Source: Podarcis filfolensis (Eukaryota). From it: 64,000 nucleotides of DNA. The stretch is taken from assembly GCA_964270895.1 (NCBI GenBank), contig OZ185448.1, one strand, 5' to 3'. Below, in pieces: positions 11,840 through 24,019 of this stretch (positions within the stretch are counted from its first letter, which is position 1; every line of letters starts with the position of its first letter). Both the position numbers and the translations under genes were made by a program. Below the pieces are notes generated by a model. The model worked only from the letters and a program-made list of their open reading frames with translations. It made no database searches and was not told the origin of the DNA.

Positions 11840-13739
11840 TTTTGTGTGCTGACCTGCATATGAACCAGCCCTGACACCAAGTCATCTGAATTAGGCACTC
11901 CTAGTTTAATTTTTTAAAATGATAAGCAACCAGAAGCTGCTTCCTCTCTCATCCTAGTAGAGCTCCTTGAATATGCCCCATGGAGAAGCAGTTTGCATTC
12001 TCTCTCTCTCTCTCTCTCTCTCTCCAGTCATAAACACGGTAATAAATTATGTCAGAGGTTTTTGCCCAATCCCACCTCTCTTGCCATTAAGCAACCCTTT
12101 TACAAGTCTATTTAGAAAGCATCTTGGGAAACGAAGTCCAAATGTGTGTGGGGGGGGGAGCAGCAATGCCCATCAACTTTGCCCCCCTCCTGGCTCCGTC
12201 AAATATTTTACTGGTAGGGGAGCAAAGAGATCTGGGCCCCTATGAGCTGATGCCTGTGCATATATTAGACATAGAAAAAGGCCACAAGTCTCCAGTACAA
12301 GAACAAGTTGCTTCCCTTTGTAACTTCCTATGGCTTAGGGAAGAAGGAAGCTACAAAACAGAGCCTTGAAGTCCGTTCAGAGATATGTATAGAACCCTGA
12401 TACAAGCGTGCCTAAAATTAGCAGTACACTAAATTTTTCTCCCATCTTTTGTTAACCATTCTCTATAAATTAATGAGATTAGGAATTTCATTCAAAAGTG
12501 ATCAAAGGGGAGAGGAAATATTGGTGAAAGTCTCTTCAGTGTTTTTTATTTTATTTTAATAATGCGTTTATACGTTACTTCTAAGTGAAGCAAGGATTGC
12601 TTGTGAGTGCCACTTCTTTCAGCCTACCACTCATCTCACCAGTGGTCTGCACTCTGCAGTCTCCCCAGGTGCCCCTGTCCGCATTAAAACCCATCACGGG
12701 GGAACTCCTTCCAAGGGTACGATCAGGAGCATGCTCAGCTGGGGAGGCTGCAGAATGCTGGGAAAATGTTATTGGGGGGGGGACCACATATGCCACTCTC
12801 AGCCACTCAGAACAATGAGATACATTCAAAACTCCACATCCCCAGGAAGTCTTAATAAATTCTCAAGTGCCCTGAAAACGAGCCAGGAAAATGGAAATCT
12901 CCTTCAAAGCGAGGAAAAGGGGTGGGTGGGGACTTGCAAGAATTTGGAGGACAGATTTTGGCACTACTTAAAATATGAATGCTCTAACTTCACTGGATTA
13001 TTGAATAGTTTGCAACAAAGGATTCCACTCCCCCAGAATTAACATTTACTTGTATGTGACAAGTAAAACTGTTCCATTATAAGCAAGTGAGGGGTGGGGG
13101 TGGGGGGGATCTTGGAAAGGAACTGTGTGCAGTGATGCATTGATGATCAAACTGTGAAAACAGCCATGCTTCCTGTTCAATGGACCACGGAGTTATATCA
13201 ACCGTTTCCAAATGATCTCACAGCATGCCAATTAACAGTCAGAACCCGGTCTCCATAGATAAGGCAAACAACATTTACATCCCAATTAGAATCTGCCCGT
13301 TCCATTTTCCTCTGGGATTCAAGGGTCTTCCCACTCCCCCCATAGTTTACAAGATAACGAAGAGGAGGGGAGATCAATTGGCTTTCACAAGATTTCCCAA
13401 CTCCTGGCTTTTACTGCTGAAGTGAGCACAACAATTTAGGGAGGAGAGGATTTCCCCATCCAGTCACTTTGTAATCCCTCAGTTTCGCTCTGCCCTGCAT
13501 TTTGCCTGCATTTTAATTTAACTATGAAACTCATGAAAATGAATTCCAGGGTTGGTGCATACTATTTGTATCCCCCAAGCTACTGAATCACACATATACA
13601 TTGTAAGTAAGTAAATAAATAAATACACATTTGTATTCTTTTCATACAGTTCTTTGAATATGCACTTGTGTTTTGATAAAACACAAATGCAGTATAATCT
13701 TGGTACAATGACAAGGGGTTTCAATACCCCTTCCCCATT

Positions 13740-14138
13740 CCTGAGAGATTAACAGAGAGAAGTCTGATCTTCTGTCAATCTCCCTTTTTTTCAGTTTCTC
13801 ATTTCCCCCCAATCTTAAATCCAGTTTGCCACATTAACTTATCAGTTTGTGTGTGTTTAAGAAAAGTCCTCACAAAAATTAGCCAGCGTTTGAGTGCACA
13901 TATCTCCTAATGGACACTTTTTAGTATGCAATTTTGCCTGCAAATTTGAAAGAATTTCCCCTCAAATAATGGACTTTTGCATCTTATATTTACTCATATG
14001 CATTTTTGTAGAATTTGTTTCTCTGTTTGGAGAATTTCATTGCAAAATTCAGTGTGACTTTCAAAATTTTGCTGTGTTTTGCCCATATATAGTTTCATAT
14101 AAAAACGCAAACAGAGCTAGATTTCTCCACCTAGCCCT
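13740..14138. mobile_element. Ancient AT-rich squamate interspersed repeat (putative non-autonomous DNA element with TAGGG-type end); decayed copies at ~2340-2560, 16250-16420, 29283-29500, 30900-31350, 41960-42140, 44710-45290
   Basis: Shared motifs ttcagtttctcatt..ccaatcttaaat, tctcctaat, atatgcatttt, cccta terminus; family not named. Confidence 0.55.
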
Positions 14139-14898
14139 AACTGCATGAGGGAGAAAGTGGGATCATTCCTGTTGTTGGCCACCTCCCCCAGCACATATTC
14201 TGATGTCCCTTATCAGTCAAGGTTGACATGTTCAGCATTAACGAGAAGGGGGGGGTGTTTGACCCTAGGATCCCTGGGCAAATCAGGGTTCTTGATAATT
14301 TAAAAGAGTCCTAGGTGTATACAGCTGTATGTGAGATCCTTTCAGAGGCGCCAGGTTGCCCCCAAGGTTGAGGGGGCCTGGCGCACATTGCACATGTGTA
14401 ACATTGCACATGAAGTCATGCACATCTCCTGACACCATTGAGGACGGTGCAGCCTTCTGTTAAAGCACACTGGTCCCCACAGCATCTCCTGATACTGGGA
14501 AGGCCGGGGGAACCCTTTCATTTCATTTCACTTTTAATTTGTATACTACCTTTCTATATTACTATACACAAGGTGGTTTACAAGCTGAAGAAACAACAAA
14601 ATAGACATCAAAAAGCACACACGTTTCTGCATCTAATGATTCCAGAAAAGGAATCTTTCTCAGTCCTCTACCTGGACTGCACCTGGGGCCTTCAGCATGT
14701 GTTTGCGTGTGTTCCAACACCTCATACCGCAAAGCCGGCTTATCTCTGAGAAATGAGCTTTTGACATCTTTTACAGCAAGTTGACCATTTCTGCCAGATC
14801 TCTTGTTTGCTTGTTCTTAGGCTCTGTTTTTCTGAATGTTTTCTCCTTAACACTTTTCACCCTGCATGTGATGTGTAAATCCACATGTGCCCATAACC

Positions 14899-14902
<4 letters not shown>

Positions 14903-14961
<59 letters not shown>
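14903..14961. repeat. (TC)n(AC)n compound microsatellite; others: (TC)n 11998-12022, (CA)n(GA)n 22282-22350, (AC)n 23981-24018, (AC)n 60509-60538
   Basis: Direct read. Confidence 0.9.
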
Positions 14962-14963
<2 letters not shown>

Positions 14964-16729
14964 GTATTATTGTCTCTATTTCATGCTGTTCTTGTCCAAG
15001 CAATGTCTCTGCTGTCAGGTTTTTCTATTTCTTCCCTTCTCTTCACCACAGAGATTTGGTTTATTCCATTTAAACCAGCTAACCGAGCCAGAGCTGGGTG
15101 GTAATCGATCTCGGAGCCAGTCAATATTTCAGGACTCTGTAGGGAACTAATAAATTCTGAATCACATATTTTCTCTCCCCCACACATCTAGATTTTATTC
15201 TCCTCAGCAAACAATGGAAAGGGGCAGAGTGAAAACAACCGTAGAGAGAAAATTGAGCTGTGGTTTAGGTGCTCTCCTTGAAGAAATATGAAAATACTCT
15301 GCAGAGCCCATCAAAGTTGAATCATGGCTTTCCATTTTTGTTCAGGCCTTCACTGGCAAGGAAAAGGAAGCTTCACATGAGCCACGATGAGGCAGAAAAT
15401 TCTTACACAGTTTAAATAGAATCGCTCACATGCTGGACATTCCTTGAGATGCTTCAAATCATCAATCAATCCATTCATCTGTCAAATCATGGGTACCAAA
15501 AAATGATAACCAGTTGTGGTTGGTAGCCATGGGGGCTGCTGGGCTAGAAGGCAGAGATACCCAAAAGTAAGTGGAACCAGAGCTCATGGCAGGCAGAGCC
15601 AACTAATTCTTGCTTTGTCCCCATCCTTTTCCCTGTTGAGTTCTACAAGGGCGATGCTGATATGGAGGAGGAAGTTTCTGTTAAGTATAATTGTTTAATT
15701 GTACATTGAAATGTAAAATAACTCTGAATGTGTATTGCTAAAGGGCTTATATTGGAAAATTATATTGAGCTAAACGAGGAGTTCTCAAAGTGCCACCAGG
15801 TTGTTAATTAACTGGTGATGTATCTCTGCTCTCTCACATGCTGCTTTAACCTTAGATCACATGTATAAAGTTGAAAATCGCCATTTTGTGTGAATCTTTG
15901 CTCTCTGAAAGCCAGCAAACACAAAGGTGTGCTATTGACCGCTCTCCTGAAGAGAAATCAGGGCCAGGCTGAAATGGAGTCTGTGCAGAGAGAAAGACCT
16001 TTGATTTTAGGTCAGTTTGGAGTTGTTCCATATTTGTATGCTTGGACAAGCATTTAACATCAGGCAACTATCTAAATGTATCATTACTTGGTTTTTGTGT
16101 CAATTTGAAGAAAGTTCTGTTAGTAAAGTTTTGGAACCAAATATTTTGGTCTTGACAATTTTCTTCCCTAAGAGGAGTCAGTTTTTATTCACCCCATTGC
16201 TTCAAACTGCACAATATTAATATCTTCAATAGTTTCAGTATTAATATCTTCAAATGTTTAAAGGCATTGTGTACATTCGTGAGTGTAATAGTGCTCATTT
16301 CTCTTCATATAGACTTTTTGTATACAATTTTTCCTAACTGTATGCAATTCCCCTAATATGCATTTCTCTGTGTTATTTTCACTAATATATGAAATTTTAT
16401 GTTCATTTTCTCCTCATATACTCATATAATCACTTCTTCTTTGCCAAGATAAAGGGGCAGGTTGTGAATAGGAGAGGCTGTTATGGAAAACATCCGCTAT
16501 TGGTTTTGAGTGTTCAACAGAAGAGTTGGAAAACCTGACATGATTCTCAAGGTGAGTATGGGTGACTTGTCTTACATCACTAGGAAGAATTCCCAAACTT
16601 TGATTTTTGCTTAGTGCAAAATACCTGCAGTAACTTCCTTTACTACAATAACTATCAAATGTGCTTCTAAATTACATTTGTTTTTACATTTCTGTGTTGC
16701 AAACAGCTATTTCAAATTGCATTTATTTC

Positions 16730-16752
16730 ATATATATATATATATGTATATG

Positions 16753-16797
<45 letters not shown>
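16730..16797. repeat. (TA)n microsatellite
   Basis: Direct read, two G interruptions. Confidence 0.95.
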
Positions 16798-16799
<2 letters not shown>

Positions 16800-17146
16800 C
16801 AAAACTCCCTTTTACAAAAATAAGTCTTCATATCCCCTTCTTTTTGTCACTGAACATGCAAATGATTTCAGCTTAAATGTCTCAAAAGTAACATTGGTAA
16901 TAAATAAAAATTATAGGTTTTCCCTTCCTCCAAGTACCACTTAATGAATTCTTAATGTTCATTCCAATTTAATGTAATCAATCTCTTGCTATACCAATGC
17001 TGATGATGCAACAGCAACACAATTAGGTTGCAGAAAGCTATACGTAGTGACAAAATGATGTTTAATTACCTCTGTTTTTAGGATTGATTGCTTAGTGATT
17101 GAAGGCTGTCATATATGATTAAGATCTGAAATTACAGTATGGTTTA

Positions 17147-17457
17147 AAGGTAAAGGTAAAGGACCCCTGACAGTTAAGTCCAGTCATGAACGACTGGGGT
17201 TGCGGTGCTCATCTCACTTTTCTGGCCGAGGGAGCCAACGTTTGTCCGCAGACAGTTTTCCCGGGTCATGTGGCCAGAGCCTTCCCGCCGGAGCGGTACC
17301 TATTTATCTACTTGCACTTTGTGCTTTTGAACTGCTAGGTTGGCAGGAGCTGGGATAGAGCAACAGGAGCTCACCCCGTTGTGGGGATTCGAACCACCGA
17401 CCTGCTGATCGGCAAGCCCAAGGCTCAGTGGTTTACACCACAGTGCCACCCGCATCC
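17147..17457 (-). mobile_element. Sauria SINE (Squam1) with internal deletion and 12-bp TSD
   Basis: aaggtaaaggtaaaggacccctgacagttaagtccagtc ... ggggattcgaacc ... gccacccgcatcc; TSD cagtatggttta at 17135-17146 and 17458-17469. Confidence 0.93.
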
Positions 17458-17873
17458 CAGTATGGTTTAGGAGTAGCTTAATTCTTTATGGAATTATCAA
17501 TGTACAAAGAGAGATTTTTAAAGTTTATTAAATGTTTTGGAAGACACAGAAGTTGTCATGAGCATTATCCAGTTCTGTTGCTCTCAAACACCCTAACTTT
17601 ACACTTAAATCTCTAGTATCAAGGGTATGTATTCACTGCAAAAGCTTATGTGAAAGTTGCACAAGTCAGATCTAATAAACACAATTGTTACTTCATATGA
17701 ACTATATCAGGCTATACCCAACATTTCCATGTTTCTGTTATGGGAGTCTCTCCTTTTCTCCTGCCCAGGAAAGCTTACTTTGGTCTTTTCATTCAGAAAG
17801 TCTTGATTAACTTCAAAGAAACCACAATATTTCCTAGTTTGCAGTCTGAAAACACCAATGGAAAGCAATCTTA

Positions 17874-18568
17874 TGCTGCATCCACACAGCATTTATTTCC
17901 ATTTCCCTGACTGTTAAATTCAGCATTCTATCTGAGTTTTCACACTACAGTGGTACCTCAGGTTACAGACACTTCAGGTTACAGACTCTGCTAACCGAGA
18001 AATAGTACCTTGGGTTAAGGACTTTACTTCAGTATGCGAACAGAAATCGTGCAGCAGCAGCGGGAGGCCCCATTAGCTAAAGTGGTACCTCAGGTTAAGA
18101 ACAGTTTCAGGTTAAGAACGGACCTCCAGAACGAATTAAGTTCTTAACCCGAGGTACCACTGTACATCAAAGCCACTTCTGAAAATCTAGCAGACTGTAA
18201 CCTGTTTCGTGCTCATTTCCATGTTATCTGATTCCAGAAAGAAAAATAAATCCGGTTTCAGACCCCTTAATCTAGATAATCACAGGAGCAAAGTGACAAA
18301 ATTTGGGGCAGTATTCTTTGGGGCATACAGTTCTTTCCTGCTGCTTTTCATGGGGGAATTATGCGGGAACAGAAGCACACATGTGTGGAAAGGGTGAGTG
18401 TCCAAAGATGTCCACTAGTCTGGATGAAATGTAGTGTGAAATGCCAACATATTGGTCAAAAGGCCACAGTTCCATAACGTAACAGCTACTGCTGTGTGAA
18501 AGGAATATTAGAAAATGGGACAGAAGTGCTAGCATTATAATCAGGAAAACTAATATCTGAATGCACCC
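17874..18568. mobile_element. PIF/Harbinger-like MITE with TTA TSD, interrupted by a mariner MITE; same family at ~28670-29211 and ~53845-54205
   Basis: Ends tgctgcatccacac / atctgaatgcaccc flanked by TTA (17871-73, 18569-71); shared internal block aaagtgacaaaatt..catacagttctt..tgtggaaagggtgag in all three copies. Confidence 0.65.
17948..18162. mobile_element. Tc1/mariner MITE (cagtggtacctc TIR, TA TSD)
   Basis: TA|cagtggtacctc ... gaggtaccactg|TA. Confidence 0.92.
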
Positions 18569-20203
18569 TTATTCAGTTTCTCCCTCTTGAAGGACCCATA
18601 CATACTGACCCAAAGCTGCCCAGAGTGGCTGGGGCAAGCCAGCCAGATGTGTGGGGTATAAATAATAAAATTATGATTATTACCCATTGGCTGTCAACTG
18701 GCTGTTCCAATGTATGATCAAGGAGCAACATGAATTTCCTCATTAAGAAGAGCCTGGCTGCTGAATCAGGCAAAAGGTCCTCCTAGTCCAACATCCTGGT
18801 CTTACAGTGACCCATCAGATTACTGTTGTTGTTGTTGTTGTTGTTAATTGAAATTATGATTACCAGTGGCTTTTTACAGTAAAGTGTATTCAAGCAACTT
18901 GACAATGAAATACAGCATATAAAACAAATTAAAACCAGAGAGAATTAAAAGAAACCACCACCCTAACAATACAAGCTATAGAATCATACTCATCCAACAA
19001 TATATTAATAAAGGCCAAGTCCTAAAAGATGAGGAGTCAACATCAGTTAACTGATGGTTGGGGTAAACAAAAAAGTCTTAGCCTAGCACCTTAGAACTGA
19101 CAGAGAAGCAGCAGGGGCATCTACCTAGGAAGAGCATTCCATAGATGGTCATCACCAGGCATAGGCCTTGGCAATATGCCACCCTGTGCAAGCCCATTTG
19201 ATGCCTTCTCCCTAGCCTTCATGGCTCTGGCTTAAGTCAGGCTTTGGGAAGGAGGCACAAGGCTCTGGCAGAGTCTAAGAGCCCTCCCACCTCCTTCCCA
19301 AAGCTTGGTAAGCACTTGCCTGGCTTTGAGAAGGATGCAGGCGGACTCTAGGACACTGATGCTCCATGAATTTGTCTAATCTCCTTTTAAAGCCATGCGC
19401 ATTGGTAGCCGTCATGGCTTCTCGCAGGAGCAAATTCCATAGTTTAACTATGCATTATGTGAAGAAGCCCATCCTTTCATCTCCCAACATTCAGTCTCAT
19501 TGGATGACGCCATTGGAAGAGGAATGGACAGGGCAAGGATCTATTGCTAGAACTGATGGTGACTAAGAACTAGAAGACATGGAGGCTATGGAGGCCAACG
19601 CTTTGGGGCAGTTGGCTGACCTATTGAACTGCCAAAGCTGTATCTGTGGTTGCATGCAGGTCTGCAGAACATGTGAAACTAGATTCAAGGAAGGCACAAG
19701 ACATACACATGATGAAGACAGTACAAGACTTCCACTGGTTGCTGGTATGATGGAAATCAGCAAATGGGAAATGGGATTTTCAGACACTTTGCTTCTGTGC
19801 CTTTAAGAGTATTCTGAGATGAAGGAATTTAGCAGGAGAAGCTTATTTTCCTGGTGTGTAGGTAAAGCAATGGGGACGGTGGAACTTCACCTGATTACCG
19901 TAATTTCCATGTTTTTGAATGGATAGGAGCCTTGTCAGCAGGAAAAGGTGACCATCACAGGTACAGATACACTCAGCGCACCTCCGTAAAGGTCATCAAT
20001 GAATGAAACCAACCAAATGATGATAGATGTAATGAATATAGAGAGATTCCAAACAGAATGATCTCTTTATTTGCTGGTGCTTTTTAAAATTAATTAATAT
20101 TCCGGTGGTAGAAAAATGGATGAAACAGAGTCAAAGCTTCTGTAGCAAAACTCACAAAACAAATCAGCAAGTAAAAAATAAAGGTGACACCAGCAATGCA
20201 CAG

Positions 20204-20321
20204 CATGCACATCAATGAATACTTACATAAATGTCTGCACCATAAAATCCATCCTGGTAAACAACACTGCAAGGATGCACACACAAAGAAGAACATCCAT
20301 ATTAGTGCATTTCCACATGCA
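20204..20321 (-). promoter_or_regulatory. RBFOX-binding UGCAUG elements flanking exon B40
   Basis: Sense-strand TGCATG at 20204-20209 (18 nt into the downstream intron) and 20316-20321 (50 nt upstream of the acceptor). Confidence 0.6.
20227..20266 (-). CDS. RBFOX1: RBFOX1 brain-type exon B40 (VVYQDGFYGADIY)
   Basis: 40 nt, acceptor catccttgcag|, donor |gtaagt, phase 2/0, in frame between the 133- and 65-nt exons. Confidence 0.96.
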
Positions 20322-20530
20322 AATACTACCAACCCCAGAACTCTCAAGGTTAGTCTCATCATGAGAACAAAAACAAGAAATCAAACCAAAACACACACAC
20401 ACACTACACAAATATACATACATATAGATAGATAGATAAATTGATTTATATAAGTATATATAAATATGCTCAAGGTGGGACACTTCACATTAATTAAGGA
20501 TTCTGGAGGGTCATCACTCCCCGTCTATTA

Positions 20531-20768
20531 AAGTGGTACCTCGGGTTACGAACTTAATTCATTCCAGAGGTCTGTTCTTAACCCGAAACCGTTCTTAACC
20601 CGAGGCGCACTTTCGCTAATGAGGCGTCCTGCCATCGCGCCACTGGCGTACGATTTCCGTTCTCATCCTGGGGCAAAGTTCTCAACCCGAGGTACTACTT
20701 CCGGGTTAGCGGAATCTGTAACCCAAAGTGTTTGTAACCCGAAGCGTTTGTAACCTGAGGTACCACTG
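20531..20768. mobile_element. Tc1/mariner MITE, same family as 17948-18162 but inverted
   Basis: TA|aagtggtacctcggg ... gaggtaccactg|TA; internal sequence is the reverse complement of the 17948 copy. Confidence 0.9.
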
Positions 20769-20989
20769 TATAAGGAAAACTGTGCTCCTTAACATTTACC
20801 TGTATTTGGAACAGGATGAGCCTATCATCTTAATCCCACATTCTGCCATCATATCCAGCTTAGTTCTGAATCTAGTGCAAACTTATTTGTGATGGTCCTA
20901 TGGACTGTGTATTATTTATATCTCTGAAGTATTTATAATTCACTCACCACCAAAAAGTACCAGGCAGCAATATACACAGTTCAAAATTG

Positions 20990-21536
20990 TATTCTGCTCT
21001 GGTCAGACCTCACCTGGAGTACTGTGTCCAGTTCTGGGCACCACAGTTCAAGAAGGACACTGACAAACTGGAACGTGTCCAGAGGAGGGCAACCAAAATG
21101 GTCAAAGGCCTGGAAATGATGCCTTATGAGGAACGGCTAAGGGAGCTGGGCATGTTTAGCCTGGAGAAGAGGAGGTTAAGGGGTGATATGATAGCCATGT
21201 TCAAATATATAAAAGGATGTCACATAGAGGAGGGAGAAAGGTTGTTTTCTGCTGCTCCAGAGAAGCGGACACGGAGCAATGGTTCCAAACTACAAGAAAG
21301 AAGATTCCACCTAAACTTTAGGAAGAACTTCCTGACAGTAAGAGCTGTTCGACAGTGGAATTTGCTGCCAAGGAGTGTGGTGGAGTCTCCTTCTTTGGAG
21401 GTCTTAAGCAGAGGCTTGACAACCATATGTCAGGAGTGCTCTGATGGTGTTTCCTGCTTGGCAGGGGGTTGGACTCAATGGCCCTTGTGGTCTCTTCCAA
21501 CTCTATGATTCTATGATTCTATGATTCTATGATTCT
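20990..21536 (+). mobile_element. Young CR1 3' fragment, same subfamily as 8833-11402, opposite orientation
   Basis: [21 protein letters not shown] end, 3'UTR, (ATTCTATG)n tail; about 10 differences from 8833-9374 by eye. Confidence 0.96.
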
Positions 21537-21829
21537 AAATTTGAAAACAACAATGCATTCACTAAAACAAAATGAGCACCTGTGGTCCATTCTCTTGATT
21601 CAGATGGCACAGAGATCTAGAACTGGGTGCCACCAGAGGTGGATTTAGGGGAGTATGACTGGTTTGCACTGGGTGCAGAGCCTCGGGGACACCGCAACTA
21701 TTATCTAGAATGGAGTGTGAGAGGAAGGAGTAGGCACTGAATTTTGGCCTCACACAGGGCACCACTGAAATTTGAGACAAAGTGAAACACTCTGGAACCC
21801 CACAAGTCAGAGCTGAGGCAGAAATCACT

Positions 21830-22040
21830 CAGTGCCATTCTCTGAAAGCACCATTGTAGCTAGGATTGGAATAACTGCTACACAGTGGCCCCAGCAACCA
21901 GCCTTAGGGTGGTGCAGGAAGACATCATAGCCAACAGTATCAAAAGCTGCTGAGAGGTCAAGGAGAATCAAGAGCATTGCAGTCTCCTTGTCCCTCTCCT
22001 GACAATGGTCACCAATCAGGGCAGAAATTAGGGTAGAATC
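21830..22040 (-). mobile_element. Old L2 RT fragment
   Basis: LLILLDLSAAFDTV motif in ORF 21825-22079. Confidence 0.8.
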
Positions 22041-22299
22041 AAGGAAACCTATTTTGGAGCTAGTCACATATAATGTCACTTAGATCAGATGTGGCTAACT
22101 TTTAGCTTGCTAGATGTTTGTTTTTGTTATTACATGCATATCCCTTCTCTCTCCCACCATGAAACTTAAGACAGTGTCAGCCTCTCTCGGTATCTGGGAA
22201 GGTGTGGGCAAGGGGGAGGGACAATGGTATGACTCCCCACCCAAGAGCTCTCCTTATATGCAAGCAATTGAGTTGCTAGGACACACACACACACACACA

Positions 22300-22353
<54 letters not shown>

Positions 22354-23424
22354 GGGGTTGTTCATTTCATGTTAGCTTGTTTCCAGTGATGTTTTGAAAT
22401 TTTTATTTTTTTATTTTTTTGGGTTATGCTGAACATTTTATGGAATGAAGGGTGGTCTAAAAGTGAAATAAAATATTTTGATAGTTCTCTCCCTCAAAAC
22501 AATTGTTTTATTCATATGTAAATTTATACGGAAGTAATTTGATTATTAATTACCTGAATAAAAACTAAGACAATTGTTTTCCCCTCTTTACTTTCTTCAT
22601 CGGTTATATGAATAACAAAACCAAACTGCATGTAGAGCTTTTGGCTTGCCTTAATCCAATTTCATCCACCCGACTTCCCAAAAGAAACCACACTCCAAAA
22701 CATCACCAGGCTGAATGCATTGTCTAGATAAGTTTTTCACTAATGCTCTGCTAACACACACACAAAAATCTAAGAATTATCCACAGGAAAACACATTTTG
22801 CAGATAGAGGGGGGAAATTTCTGCCTTGAGTAGTCAGGATTTCAGGATATAGGATCTTGGGCCCCAAAGAAAAGGGGAGTAGAGATTGCTGATGCTCACT
22901 TATTTGTCCCATGTCATTCCAGTTACTATCACATATTCACTGATGCTTTTAGTTCACAAATAACATGTAACTGATTATGCCCCCTCCACATTTGCTTTGT
23001 GTTTCCTTTCTACTGAAATGAATGGTGCAGAATCACATAATAGCAATGTAATTATTTAAGTTATGTAATTGTGCCTCAGCAGAAAGCAAGACAAATAATG
23101 TAGTTTTTGGTGGAAGATGAACTGTAACGGAATGGAAACAGCGATGCATGCAACAAATGCAGGGCAGAATGGAAAATGATGCCATCTTACATTCTTGGCT
23201 GAGAGCGGAGTTTCAAGAAGTATGGCCACCAGTGCAAAAGAAAGCAGTGAAGGGCTGACTCTGGCCTTCTGCAGAGGCCCTGATTCTTTAGCAGAGGTAC
23301 ATGGTGCATCCACCAAGGAAGACCTTATTTGCACAAACATTGTAAATTTTAGAGCATTTTTTTTTGGTGGGGGTGTCTTTTGTCTTATGGTGTTTTTTGT
23401 TTTGTGCATTTGTTGGTTTTAAAT

Positions 23425-23664
23425 CAATGGGTAGGCAAACTAAGGCCCGGGGGCCGGATCCGGCCCAGTCGCCTTCTAAATCCAGCCCGCAGACGGCCCA
23501 GGAATCAGCGTGTTTTTACATTAGTAGAATGTGTGCTTTTATTTAAAATGCATCTCTGGGTTCATTCATTCGTTCATCCCCCCCCCCCAAAGTATAGTCT
23601 GGCCCCCCACAAGGTCTGAGGGGCAGTGGACCGGCCCCCTGCTGAAGAAGTTTGCTAACTCCTG
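23425..23664. mobile_element. hAT MITE (ca.gggtaggcaaact ... agtttgctaactcctg)
   Basis: Same family as 54285-54535; TSD degenerate. Confidence 0.8.
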
Positions 23665-23976
23665 ATTTATACTTTTGTTACATAGCCCTGAAAACTGTTA
23701 AGAAATCTTATAAATGAGGAATGGGTGGAACTTCAAACCTGGGGGACCAATTGTGGCCCTCAGGCCTCTCTATCCAGCCCTCAGCCTCCAGGTTATAGCC
23801 ACTTCCCAGTCCCACCGCAGTCCAGCCTGGCTGGAATGTGCCCTTGAATTCTAATGATGCCTTTTGCTTTCCTGGACAGAGCAGATGGAGAAGGCTGGTT
23901 GTGAGTGTGCGGGTGTGGAGAATATAGCTAGGCATAGAAAGATAACACTTATCTTAATTGCTCCATGTACTTTTGC

Positions 23977-24019
<43 letters not shown>

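Noticed and set aside
16625-16667. ...RKLLQ|gtattt as a diverged M43 exon
   Set aside because: In-frame TAA five codons upstream of the final CAG, no AG giving 43 nt, and no pyrimidine tract.
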